Shown in pieces: positions 39,232 to 49,717 of a stretch of DNA of 64,000 nucleotides. Position numbers and translations under genes: made by a program. Each line of letters opens with the position of its first letter. Position 1 is the first letter of the stretch. Under the pieces are notes generated by a model, which had not been told where the DNA came from, did no database searches, and was given only the letters and a program-made list of their open reading frames with translations. The stretch spans positions 6,490-70,489 of the forward strand of contig JALXCB010000044.1 of NCBI GenBank assembly GCA_026991225.1, written 5' to 3'. The DNA comes from Anaerolineae bacterium. Lineage in GTDB: Bacteria; Chloroflexota; Anaerolineae; J102.

Positions 39232-40521
39232 TCACTCCATGCGAGGCAGGAACTGGCGGTAATCCAGCGCCGGGGCGCGGTCCTGCGCCAGGCCCAGGAA
39301 GGGCGTCTGTTCAAAGTCGGGGAAGACCTCGTCCAATTGGGCGTTGAGCAGCCGTTTCTGCACGATCTCGCTGAGTACGGTGCGATAGTCGGTGGTGATG
39401 GCCAGGTCGCCCCGGTCGAGATGCTCTTCCTCCAGGCCCGGCCAATCGCCATACACCCGGCCGCCGTTGACGCCCCCGCCCAAAAGGAACATGACGTTGC
39501 CGTGGCCGTGATCCGTGCCCTGGCTGGCGTTCTCCTGCACCCGCCGCCCGAACTCGCTCATGGTCACCAGGGTGATGCGGTGGAAATCGTCCTGCATATC
39601 GGTGTAGAACGCGTTCAGGCCCGCGGCCAGCTCCGCCAGCAGATCCGCCATAGCGCCCTCAACGCTCCCCTCCTCCGCGTGGGTGTCCCATCCCCCCAGG
39701 TCGATGCAGGCCACCTCCAGGCCCATGTCCGCCCGGATGATCTGCGCGATCTGCTTCAAGCCCAGGCCGAAGAAATCCTCGCCATAGTCCGCGCCGTGCT
39801 GCGGTTCATATTGCGAAGGGTCCGCGGCTTCCAGGAAATCGAAGGCGTGGAACACCTGCTGGCCCTCCTGGTCGATCCAGTCATCGCCCAGGTAGAGGCT
39901 TTGCAAGGTCTGCTGCACCCGTGCGATCTCTCGCTCGTCGCCGTTGAGGTGGAAATCCGCGATGGATTTGAGGGCCAGGGCGGGGATAGGCCCGTGCAGG
40001 GAGGTCTGCAAGATGTTGCCCATGCCCACGGCCCGGAAGGGTGAGTCGTTTTGCGTGGTCATGCTGGCCAGATGCCGGGCCAGCCAGCCGGAGGAAATGG
40101 TTTTGTTGCCAGGGACGCCCCGCTCCATGAAGTCTTGCGCGTCGAAATGGGAACGGGAGGGGTCGGGGGAGCCAGATGCGTGGACGAAGGCCAGGTCGCC
40201 CTCGTCATAGATGTCCTTCAGCGGCTCCAGCGCGGGATGCAGGCCGAAAAAGCCGTCCAGGTCGATGGCGCCGTTGGGCTGATCGGGGTCGGGGATGCGG
40301 ATGGTGGGGCGCAGGTCGTGATAGCGGGTCTCGGCGTGGGGCGTGACGGCGTTGAGGCCATCCATAGCCCCGCGCAGGAAGATGCAGATGAGGATGTCGC
40401 CGGCGGGCCCGCCCGCGGCCGGGCGAAAGGCCATGCGCGGCATCCAGGCGGGGCGGTTGATGACGCCTGTCAGCGCGGTGAGGCCGGAAAGTTTGAGGAA
40501 ATTGCGTCGCGTCAGGTTCAT
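39232..40521 (-). CDS. DUF1501 protein with twin-arginine signal
   Basis: MNLTRRNFLKLSGLTAL Tat motif; DUF1501 pattern (GGWDTH..., GTDHGHG). Confidence 0.8.
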   Translation of the reverse strand: MNLTRRNFLKLSGLTALTGVINRPAWMPRMAFRPAAGGPAGDILICIFLRGAMDGLNAVTPHAETRYHDLRPTIRIPDPDQPNGAIDLDGFFGLHPALEPLKDIYDEGDLAFVHASGSPDPSRSHFDAQDFMERGVPGNKTISSGWLARHLASMTTQNDSPFRAVGMGNILQTSLHGPIPALALKSIADFHLNGDEREIARVQQTLQSLYLGDDWIDQEGQQVFHAFDFLEAADPSQYEPQHGADYGEDFFGLGLKQIAQIIRADMGLEVACIDLGGWDTHAEEGSVEGAMADLLAELAAGLNAFYTDMQDDFHRITLVTMSEFGRRVQENASQGTDHGHGNVMFLLGGGVNGGRVYGDWPGLEEEHLDRGDLAITTDYRTVLSEIVQKRLLNAQLDEVFPDFEQTPFLGLAQDRAPALDYRQFLPRME

Positions 40522-40538
40522 GAGTCGGCTCCTTGGGA

Positions 40539-42059
40539 TTATCGCCATTGGAAGTAGGGGGAATCGAGGAGCAGGGCCACGAGTTCGGGCACGCGGCGGG
40601 CGTGGTCGGGGTCGTCGATGTCGAAGCCCTGGCCGTCGTGGGTGAGATAGGCCAGCAACTGCGCCCGGTCCTCGGCGTCGATGGAGTGATGCAACACCAG
40701 GTCGATGAAGAAGTCCAGGGTCTCCTCGGCGGTGGCGCCGCCCCCCAATTCGGTCTTGAATCGATCCCAGGGGATCTGCACGCCCGGCGCCCGGCCCTCG
40801 GCCAGGGCCAGCCCGATGTTCCAGCGGGCCAGCAGGGCGTTGGTGTTCAGCCAGGAGGCCGCGTCGTCGGGGTAGCCGTCGGGGGTGGGCCATCCAAACA
40901 GGGGCTGGTCCATCAGGGCCAGGGCCCGGGTCAGCGTCACCCCGCGGGCGTTGGGGATTTCCAGGGTGCGCACGGCCGCGGCGATGAGGTCAAGGGGGCG
41001 GCGCAGTTTCCGCCCCGCGCTGGCCAGGAAGTCTTCGTGGGTGAAGATGGTGCGCAGCACGGCCCGGATGTCGCCGTCGGTGTCGCGGAAGGTCTGCGCC
41101 GCGGCGCTCACCACGTCCTCGGGCGGCTCGTCGGCCACGAAACGGATGCAGAGACGATGCGCTACATAACGGCTGGTGGATTCGTGGCTGGCCAGCATGT
41201 CCAGGGCCTCTTCCCCCTCTTCTTCTCCTCGACCGGCGGGGAAGTCCTGGTTCAGAAAGGTCTTCGCCTCCCAGTCATGGCGGTTGCGGGCAAAGAGAAA
41301 TCTCCCGGTGCGCCGGTCGACCGTCCAGCCGGTGAGGATGCGGGCCAGCTCCTTCACGTCGGTTTCGGTGTAGCCGCCGTCCACGCCCAGGGTGTGTAGT
41401 TCCATGATCTCCCGGGCGTAGTTTTCGTTGGGAGCCTCGGCGCTGCTGCGGGCGTTGTCCAGATAGAGCAGCATGGCGGGGCTGTGCGCATCGGCGCCCA
41501 GGATGTCGCGGAAGGGGGCCAGCGCGTAGGCGCGCATCACCTCCCGGTCTTCGACGGTTTTCATAATGCGCACGGGCCCGTCGCCCCAATAGACGGAGAA
41601 ATGATTGCTCCAGTAATCCACCATCACCTGGAATAACTGACGGCGGCTGTACACCGCCCGCTCCATGGTCGCGCCCCCCAGGTCCCGGCGGATGCGGGCG
41701 AAGTCGTCCAGGGCTTGTAGCTCGAGCGGGTTCATGGTCAGGGTGTCGTAGCGGCGGGCGATGCGGTCTTCCAGGGCGCTGTCGTCGATGGCGTCGGGAT
41801 CGAGCTGCTCATCCAGCCAGGCGTCCACGCCCATGCGCCGCACGCGCGCCAGCTCCGCTCGCGTGGGTCCGAAGCTGGCCCGGCGCAGCAGATGCAGCGC
41901 GGGATCCATCTGGACCGCGGCCGCGGAGCCGCGCCAGCGGATGGCGGGGCGGGGGCGCGCGGGCCGGGCGAGGGCCTCCCGCCCGCCCGCGGCGGCCATC
42001 CCCACGGCCAGGGCCGTCAGTCCGCCCGCCTTGAAAAAGTCTCGTCGCGTCAGTGACAT
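40539..42059 (-). CDS. DUF1800 protein with twin-arginine signal
   Basis: MSLTRRDFFKAGGLTALA; canonical partner of DUF1501. Confidence 0.8.
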   Translation of the reverse strand: MSLTRRDFFKAGGLTALAVGMAAAGGREALARPARPRPAIRWRGSAAAVQMDPALHLLRRASFGPTRAELARVRRMGVDAWLDEQLDPDAIDDSALEDRIARRYDTLTMNPLELQALDDFARIRRDLGGATMERAVYSRRQLFQVMVDYWSNHFSVYWGDGPVRIMKTVEDREVMRAYALAPFRDILGADAHSPAMLLYLDNARSSAEAPNENYAREIMELHTLGVDGGYTETDVKELARILTGWTVDRRTGRFLFARNRHDWEAKTFLNQDFPAGRGEEEGEEALDMLASHESTSRYVAHRLCIRFVADEPPEDVVSAAAQTFRDTDGDIRAVLRTIFTHEDFLASAGRKLRRPLDLIAAAVRTLEIPNARGVTLTRALALMDQPLFGWPTPDGYPDDAASWLNTNALLARWNIGLALAEGRAPGVQIPWDRFKTELGGGATAEETLDFFIDLVLHHSIDAEDRAQLLAYLTHDGQGFDIDDPDHARRVPELVALLLDSPYFQWR

Positions 42060-42316
42060 AGCGTCCTCCTGTTTCGGAAGTGGCGTTGCGTTGGTTTACA
42101 AAAGCAACTCGAAGCCCGCGTTGCGCGAGTCTGCAGCGGACGTGATGCGTGAAAACGTGAAACGTGAGAGCATTACGCATCACGCATTACGTGATTGACT
42201 TCCCGCGCCAACCTGGCCGCGAGGCGTTTTCTGCATCCCAGGATACCCCCCAACCATTCACAAAATGTGATGCGAATGTAAAAAATGTGTCATCCCCCGC
42301 CGCCCAACGGACAAAG

Positions 42317-42390
42317 TGGGGCCCCTCGGGCTTGAACCGAGAACCGGCGGTTTATGAGACCGCTGCTCTAACCACTTGAGCTAGGGCCCC
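42317..42390 (-). tRNA. tRNA-Met (anticodon CAT)
   Basis: Reverse complement folds as cloverleaf: acceptor GGGGCCC/GGGCCCC, anticodon loop CTCATAA, T-loop TTCAAGC; CCA not encoded. Confidence 0.85.
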
Positions 42391-42576
42391 CTATGTGGTT
42401 GCACGCCCCATCGAAAAAACGCTTTGTTGGCGCGGGAAGCCGCGTCGTGAAACGTGATGCGTGATGCGTAACGTTATCACGTTTCACGCATTACGTTTCA
42501 CGTGAGTTGCCGCCTCGGCCAACTTTGGCTTGACGAACCTTTCGCCATCTGCGCCAACGCGCTATCTTCAAAGAAG

Positions 42577-42647
42577 AGCGGGCAACGGGATTCGAACCCG
42601 TGACGAGAGCTTGGAAGGCTCTAGTGTTACCACTACACCATGCCCGC
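42577..42647 (-). tRNA. tRNA-Gly (anticodon TCC)
   Basis: Acceptor GCGGGCA/TGCCCGC, anticodon stem AGAGC/GCTCT with loop CTTCCAA, T-arm GGGTTCGAATCCC. Confidence 0.85.
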
Positions 42648-42792
42648 GCGGAAAACAGTCATCCGTGATGGACATAGAAATTCTACACAGGATCGCGGGA
42701 AATGACAAGTCGAGAAGGAGCACAGATCACAATCTCCCTTCTCTGTGTTCTCTGTGCGATCTCAGTGAACTCGGTGTTCCTCTTTCAAAAAA

Positions 42793-42866
42793 GTCGGGGA
42801 GGCCGGATTCGAACCGACGACCTCTTGGACCCAAACCAAGCGCGCTACCGAACTGCGCTACTCCCC
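42793..42866 (-). tRNA. tRNA-Pro (anticodon TGG)
   Basis: Acceptor CGGGGAG/CTCCCCG, anticodon stem CTTGG/CCAAG loop TTTGGGT, T-arm GTCGGTTCGAATCCGGC. Confidence 0.85.
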
Positions 42867-42872
42867 GATGGG

Positions 42873-43001
42873 AGTAACTGCTAACGTACTCGACTTCAGG
42901 CCACAAGAAGCCACGAAGGGGAAAATAAAGAAAAATACGTCGTGCCTTCGTTTTCTTCGTGTCTTCGTGGCAAAAAGCGGCGGTGCGACCTTAGCAGTTA
43001 C
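42873..43001. mobile_element. MITE-A short variant (129 bp) with TSD CGATGGGA, 6 nt from the tRNA-Pro 5' end
   Basis: TIRs GTAACTGCTAACGT / ACCTTAGCAGTTAC; TSD 42865-42872 = 43002-43009. Confidence 0.85.
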
Positions 43002-43080
43002 CGATGGGATAAGTATAGCGAGATTTGGCCGCAGGGTCAAGGAAAATGGGAAAATGTGAACGGGACGGCGGGGGAAAGTT

Positions 43081-43656
43081 GTGGCAATGGCGGGGAAAGC
43101 GATAAAATTAGCGGTTGTGTCAGGCTCCCCAACGCCATCCCGGATCATGGAGACTTCCCCTTTGATTGCCCGCATCGCCACGAGAACGTCCGTCAACCCC
43201 AAGGAACTCGAACGCTTCATCAAGTTCGCCATCGTGGGGGCCATTGGCGCGGTGGTGGATTTCGTCGTGCTCAATATCATGAAGATCATCTTCGAGCGGA
43301 TGGGGTTGGGCGTGGGATGGCATATCGGGCTGGACCCCAACCAGATTCAGCTCATCGCCGCCAACACCATCTCCTTCACCACCGCGGTCATCAGCAACTT
43401 CACCTGGAACCGCCTGTGGACTTTCCCCGAATCGCGCGACAGGCCCATCATTCCCCAACTGCTGCAATTCGCCACGGTCAACGTCATCGGGCTGGTCATC
43501 AACACCTTCATCCTGGTGTTCATGGACCACTACGTGTTCAGCCAGTTCTTCGACCACCGCATCAGCTACAACCTGGCCAAAGCCTTCGCCATCGGCGTCG
43601 TGCTGTTCTGGAATTTCGGGGTCAACCGCATCTGGACGTACAAAGGCATTGAATAA
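43081..43656 (+). CDS. GtrA-family membrane protein
   Basis: ERFIKFAIVGAIGAVVDFVVLNIMKIIF GtrA signature; four TM helices; start may be downstream. Confidence 0.7.
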   Translation: MAMAGKAIKLAVVSGSPTPSRIMETSPLIARIATRTSVNPKELERFIKFAIVGAIGAVVDFVVLNIMKIIFERMGLGVGWHIGLDPNQIQLIAANTISFTTAVISNFTWNRLWTFPESRDRPIIPQLLQFATVNVIGLVINTFILVFMDHYVFSQFFDHRISYNLAKAFAIGVVLFWNFGVNRIWTYKGIE

Positions 43657-43855
43657 TCTCTGGAAGTTGTCATTTGGAATGAAAAGCGCGCGCCAGCAAG
43701 ATGGGCGCGGGCAGCCAAAGCCGTGAAACGTCATGCGTGATGCGTGACCATCTCACGCGTCACGATTTCACGCATCACGCCCGTTGCCGCCTCGCCCAAC
43801 GTCAGCCTGGCGGGCCTTTCGCAGACGGCGCCAACGCTCTGGACGAAACAGCACC

Positions 43856-44992
43856 ATGAAGATCGCCATCGATTACACGCCCGCGGCGTTGCAAGGCGCG
43901 GGGATTGGCCGCTACACCCGGGGGCTGGTGGATGCGCTTCTGCCTTTGTTGGGGGAGGATGACCAACTGACGCTGCTGTACCCGCGCGGGGATGCGCCCT
44001 TCGCCCGCGCGTCCTGGCCCGAGCGCGTACGCGTGCGCCGCCTGCCCCTGCCCGACCGCTGGCAGACCATCCTCTGGCATCGGCTGCGCGCGCCCCTGCC
44101 GGTGGACTGGTGGACGGGCGACGTGGATATCTTCCACGCGCCCAACTTCCTGCTGCCGCCTGTGCGCCGGGCCAAAACCCTGCTCACTATCCACGACCTA
44201 GCCTTCATGGTGCGGCCGCAGTACGCCTTTCCCGACCTGCGCCGCTTTCTGGAAAAGGCCGCGCCCCGCTCCATCGCCCGCGCCGACCATATCCTGGCCG
44301 ACTCCGAGGCCAGCCGTCAGGACGCCATCCGCCTGTTCGGGTTGGAGCCGCAGCGGGTGACGGTGGTGGGCGCGGGGGTGGAGCCCCGCTTCCGGCCCCT
44401 GCCGCCCGAAGAGACCGCAGCGGTGCGGGGGAAGTACGGCCTGGACGGGCCCTTCGTCCTCTCGGTGAGCACCATCGAGCCCCGCAAAAATTTCGACGGG
44501 CTGGTGCGGGCCTTCGCCCAGGCCCGACGGGAGGCCCGTTTCCCCCATCATCTCGTCATTGCCGGGGGCAAAGGCTGGCTCTACGAGCCGGTCTTTCGGG
44601 CAGTGGAGGAGGAAAACGCGGGGGATATCGTTCACTTTTTGGGATTCGTTCCGGACGAAGACCTGCCCGCGCTGTACAACCTGGCCGAGCTGTTCGCTTT
44701 TCCAAGCCATTACGAGGGCTTTGGCCTGCCCGTATTGGAAGCGCTGGCCTGCGGAACCGCGGTGATCTGCACCGACGTCAGCAGTCTGCCCGAGATCGCG
44801 GGCGATGCGGCCCTGCTCATCCCGGCCGACGATCACGACGCCCTGGTTGTGGGCCTCCTCCGCCTGCTCACCGACGCCGACGCGCGGGACGAGTTGGCCG
44901 CCCGCGGGCCTGCCCGGGCTGCTCACTTCACATGGGACGCGGCCGCGCGCCGCTTGTGGGACGCCTATCGGGCCGTGATTGGATTGCGTTGA
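43856..44992 (+). CDS. GT4 (group 1) glycosyltransferase
   Basis: MKIAIDYTP...; C-terminal EGFGLPVLEALACGTAVICTD motif. Confidence 0.85.
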   Translation: MKIAIDYTPAALQGAGIGRYTRGLVDALLPLLGEDDQLTLLYPRGDAPFARASWPERVRVRRLPLPDRWQTILWHRLRAPLPVDWWTGDVDIFHAPNFLLPPVRRAKTLLTIHDLAFMVRPQYAFPDLRRFLEKAAPRSIARADHILADSEASRQDAIRLFGLEPQRVTVVGAGVEPRFRPLPPEETAAVRGKYGLDGPFVLSVSTIEPRKNFDGLVRAFAQARREARFPHHLVIAGGKGWLYEPVFRAVEEENAGDIVHFLGFVPDEDLPALYNLAELFAFPSHYEGFGLPVLEALACGTAVICTDVSSLPEIAGDAALLIPADDHDALVVGLLRLLTDADARDELAARGPARAAHFTWDAAARRLWDAYRAVIGLR

Positions 44993-45224
44993 AGATGGAG
45001 TGATCGCTGGTCGTTGAAGGATCGCCAGGATTACGTTGGCCGAGGCGGCAACGGGCGTGATGCGTGAAAACGTGATACGTGAGGTCTTCACGCATCACGC
45101 ATGACGTTTCACGTCCTTGGGTTCCCGCGCCACACGGGCCGCGAGGCATTTTCATCGGTATGGGCGAGCTTTCGCCTGTGTCGACCGATTTGTAAGCGGA
45201 TGCGTCCCAAATTATTGGCAGACA

Positions 45225-45360
45225 TTTACCGAGTAAACTCGGGCTCTTTAGGCGCTTCGCGCCAGTGGTCGCCCTTCGGCGACCATTTGTTGGCATAATT
45301 CTGGACGGCGTAGACCGTCCACTGGCCGCAGGCCTGAAGAGTTCGACTTCAGTCGGCTGG
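45225..45360. repeat. family-F repeat (CGAGTAAACTCGGGCTCTTTAGGCGCTTCGCGCC...GTCCACTGGCCGCAGGCCTG...)
   Basis: Second copy at 62770-63100 interrupted by a MITE-A. Confidence 0.7.
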
Positions 45361-45516
45361 ATGACGCCAAATTCCTGGGACGCACCCTTTGTAAGCTCCC
45401 TTATTGCGAGGTTCTCGATTCCTTGTTAAACTTAAAGGCGGCGCGTCTGCACGCGCCTCTCCAATGAGACCATTTCCATCCCCCTTTCATCAATCACTAC
45501 AAGGAGTGACAAAATC

Positions 45517-46209
<693 letters not shown>

Positions 46210-46240
46210 CGCCCGACCTGACAGGTCGCCACCCTTTCAT

Positions 46241-46285
46241 ACCAAAAACGCCCGGTTCGCAGCACCGCGTTCCGGGCGTTTTGCA
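46241..46285. terminator. bidirectional terminator between convergent sodA and moeA
   Basis: AAAAACGCCCGGTTCGCAGCACCGCGTTCCGGGCGTTTTG, symmetric A/T flanks. Confidence 0.65.
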
Positions 46286-46320
46286 TGGCGATGGTCGCCA
46301 GCGACCTGTCAGGTCACCGG

Positions 46321-47565
46321 TCACGCGACCTCCGGCCAATCCAGCATCATCACCTTGACGGGGAAATTGGGCGGCGTGCTGTTCAGCTCCTCGGAGATGA
46401 TAGCCAGGCCGTCGGCACGCACCATGGACAGCAGGATGCCCGAGCCCTGGTCGCCCGTGAGATGCGCGTAAGTCTGACCATCTTTCTCCTCCAGCCACAC
46501 CCGCAGGTAATGCCGGCGATTGTCCTTGCGCTTCACCGGTTCCACCAGGATGGCGTCGATGACCGGTTTTTCCAGCTTCTTCTTGCCCAGCATGGTGAGG
46601 ATGGCGGGGCGGGCGAAGAGTTCGAAGGAGATCATGGAAGAGACGGGATTGCCGGGCAGCCCCAGCAAAGGGACGCCCTGGATGACGCCGAAGGCCATGG
46701 GCTTGCCGGGTTTCATGCGCGCCCGCCAGAAGCGCATCTCCCCCTCAGAGGCCAGCACCTTCTTCACCACGTCGAAATCGCCCATGGAGACGCCCCCCGA
46801 CGTGAGGATGAAATCCACGCCCAGGGCCAGCGCCTCGCGGATTTTGTCGGTCAGGGCCTCGATGGTGTCGGGCGCGATGCCCAGACGCACGGGCTCGCCG
46901 CCATATTTGAGGATGAGCGCCGAGACCGAATAGCCGTTGGCGTCCCGGATCTTGCCCGGCCGCCAGGGTTCGGTCACGTCGATGACCTCATCCCCCGTGG
47001 AAAGCACCGCCACCCGCGGGCGTCGATACACCTGCACCGTGGGCCGCCCCAACGCGGCCAGCATCCCGATCTCTTGCGGGCGCAGCACGGTCCCCTTCGC
47101 CAGCACGAGCTGCCCTTTCCGTACGTCCTCGCCCGCGTGGCGCACGTTCTTCCATTGGGGATAGGGCTTGAACAGAATGACCTCATCCCCGTCAACTTCC
47201 ACCTGTTCGAAAGGCGCCACCGCGTCGGCGCCTTCGGGCATGGGCGCGCCCGTCATGATGCGCACCGCTTCGCCCGGTTGCACGGGCCGATCCAGCACAT
47301 AGCCTGCGGCCAGGTCCGCCACCACTTTCAGGCGGACGGGCGTCGCCTCGGATGCGTTCTTCGTGTCCTCAGAGCGCACCGCGTACCCGTCCATGGCCGT
47401 GTTCGCCAGGGGCGGAATGTCCATGTCCGAATACACGTCTTCGGCCAGGACGCGGTCCAGCGCTTCGAGGATGGGAAGCGTCTCCGGCTCCAGGGGCCCG
47501 AAGTGGGCCAGGATGCGCGATCGCGCTTCTTCCACCGAAAGCATGGGATATTCGTCGTATTTCAT
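46321..47565 (-). CDS. moeA: molybdopterin molybdotransferase MoeA
   Basis: MoeA N-domain; GGVSMGDFD motif; start MKYDEY with GGAGGA SD. Confidence 0.85.
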   Translation of the reverse strand: MKYDEYPMLSVEEARSRILAHFGPLEPETLPILEALDRVLAEDVYSDMDIPPLANTAMDGYAVRSEDTKNASEATPVRLKVVADLAAGYVLDRPVQPGEAVRIMTGAPMPEGADAVAPFEQVEVDGDEVILFKPYPQWKNVRHAGEDVRKGQLVLAKGTVLRPQEIGMLAALGRPTVQVYRRPRVAVLSTGDEVIDVTEPWRPGKIRDANGYSVSALILKYGGEPVRLGIAPDTIEALTDKIREALALGVDFILTSGGVSMGDFDVVKKVLASEGEMRFWRARMKPGKPMAFGVIQGVPLLGLPGNPVSSMISFELFARPAILTMLGKKKLEKPVIDAILVEPVKRKDNRRHYLRVWLEEKDGQTYAHLTGDQGSGILLSMVRADGLAIISEELNSTPPNFPVKVMMLDWPEVA

Positions 47566-47643
47566 CGTCGTCCTCCGTGATTGGCGTATTTCAGACCCCA
47601 ATCATATCACAACTCATCCCGGAATGTTGAAAATGCACAACGC

Positions 47644-48614
47644 TTACAGCTCGACTTCCATCCCCAGCCCCATCGCCTCCGCCCGGGCCAGGACCTGCGC
47701 CGCCGCGGCCGCGTCCTGCACCGCCAGCCCCACGCTCTTGAACAGAGTGATCTCCTCCTCCGACTCCCGGCCAGAAATCTGGCCCAAAAGCAACTGCCCC
47801 AGCGTTCCCGTCACCCGATCGAAGGAATAGAGGCCCGCGCGCACCGGCTTGATCAGATCCCCCGCCTCGTGGGCCGCGGCCATGACGTCATCCACATACA
47901 CCTTCGCCCGCATGATGGTCGACGCGGGGGCTTCCTGCATGTCGCGGGTGTAGGCTCCCACCAGATTGATATGCGCGCCGGGAGCCACGTCCGCATCCAG
48001 AAACACGGGCGTCGTGCTGTCGGTGGCCGCTGTGATGATATCCGCGCCCTGCACTGCCTCTCGCACGTCCACTGCCCGGGCGTTGACGCCCTCCTGACGT
48101 AGTCGCTCGGCCAGGCGCGCCGCGCTCGCCCCGCTTTTGCTGGCGATGCGCACTTCGAAGATCTCCCGCACGGCCAGCACGGCCCGGGCCTGATCATACG
48201 CCTGGCCCCCAGCGCCGATGAGCGCGAAGACCTGCGCCCGGGGGCGAGCCAGCAAGTCGGTGGCCAGACCGCTGGCCGCGCCCGTGCGGATGGCGGTGAG
48301 GGACGCACCCTCCAGCAGCGCCCGGGGCTGGCCCGTGTCCGGGTCCAGCGCGATGACCAGGCCGTGGATCGCGGGCAGGCCGCGGGCGGGGTTGCCGGGG
48401 AAGACGGAAACGATCTTCTCGGTCAGGGCGCGGCTTTCGGGGAGATACGCGGGCATGAACAGACTGACCCCCGCGTCGGCGCTGATGACCAGACGTTGGG
48501 GCGATTGCGCCTGCCCGCGGGCGAGTTGGGCGAAGGCCTGGCGCATGGCGTCGATGGCCTCGGGCATGGGCAGGGCCTGGCGCACGTCGTCGGCGGTGAG
48601 AATGCGTAGTTTCA
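47644..48614 (-). CDS. ornithine cyclodeaminase/mu-crystallin family protein
   Basis: MKLRILTADDVRQALPMPEAIDAMRQAF...IGAGGQA Rossmann motif. Confidence 0.8.
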
Positions 48615-48804
48615 TGGCAATTTTTTCTCCGAATTCGGGATTGCGTCTTTTTGACATTATAAGCGATTCTGAAAAGAACGGAGAATGCGCCATCTTATAA
48701 AAACAACTGGACAATTGAATCGATTGCGGGTATGATCCCAAGGCTGGATCATTCACCTGAACACTGATTACTGAACACTGCACACTGATTTCTCAACGCC
48801 AACC

Positions 48805-49575
48805 ATGTCCCAACCCTCGATCATCGTCACCGGCGCGTCGCGCGGCCTGGGCCGCGCCATCGCCCTGGAACTGGCCCGCATGGGCGCGGCCGTCACCCTC
48901 AACGCCCGCTCGCAAGACGCTCTGGCCCGCGTTCGGGAGGAGATCGAAGCGATGGGCGGTCGGGCTGAGCTCCTGGCCGGGGATGTGAGCCAGCCCGACG
49001 TGGCCGAGCGCCTGATCGCGGCCGCGGTCCTGGCGTTCGGGCGTCTCGACGCGGTGATCAACAACGCGGCCATCCTCGATCCCCTGGCCCGCATCGCGGA
49101 CAGCGACCCCTTCGAGTGGCAGCGCAATCTCCAGATCAACGTCGTCGGCCCCTACCTGGTCACGCAGGCGGCGCTGCCCCACCTGCGCCGCGCGCCCCAG
49201 GGCCGGGTGATCAACGTCTCCAGCGGCGCGGCCGTGCGAGCCACCGCGGGCTGGTCCGCCTATTGCAGCAGCAAGGCGGCGCTGAACATGTTCACCGCGG
49301 TGCTGGCCGAGGAGGAGCCGGAGGTCATGGCCCTGACCGTGCGCCCGGGCATGGTGGATACGGCCATGCAGGCCGAGCTGCGGGCGCAGGGAGACCGGGC
49401 CATGAAACCCGAGGTCTATCGGCGTTTCATCGACCATCATCAACGCGGAGAACTCTTGCCGCCCGAGCTGCCGGGCCACGCTCTGGCGGCGCTGGCGCTG
49501 AAAGCGCCCCTGAGCTGGTCCGGCCGTTTTATCTCGTGGAATGACCCCAAGGTTGAAGCGCTACTCCGAAAATAG
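48805..49575 (+). CDS. SDR-family oxidoreductase
   Basis: IVTGASRGLGRAIA, NNAA, YCSSK motifs. Confidence 0.85.
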   Translation: MSQPSIIVTGASRGLGRAIALELARMGAAVTLNARSQDALARVREEIEAMGGRAELLAGDVSQPDVAERLIAAAVLAFGRLDAVINNAAILDPLARIADSDPFEWQRNLQINVVGPYLVTQAALPHLRRAPQGRVINVSSGAAVRATAGWSAYCSSKAALNMFTAVLAEEEPEVMALTVRPGMVDTAMQAELRAQGDRAMKPEVYRRFIDHHQRGELLPPELPGHALAALALKAPLSWSGRFISWNDPKVEALLRK

Positions 49576-49577
49576 AT

Positions 49578-49680
49578 TTGGGAAACCGGGAAACCGGTAG
49601 ACCAGTAGACCGGGTTGAGCGAGTTGGCCCGGTTTACTGGTTTACTGGTTTCCCTGGTTTACGAGTTTACCGGGATACTG
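49578..49680. repeat. family-D palindromic repeat (CCGGTAGACCAGTAGACCGG ... CCGGTTTACTGGTTTACTGG)
   Basis: Copies at 36325-36420, 52165-52262, 58930-59005, partial 60278-60302. Confidence 0.7.
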
Positions 49681-49717
49681 GCCGCGAGGCGTTTTCGTTC
49701 TCGCGTCGCCCGCTTTA

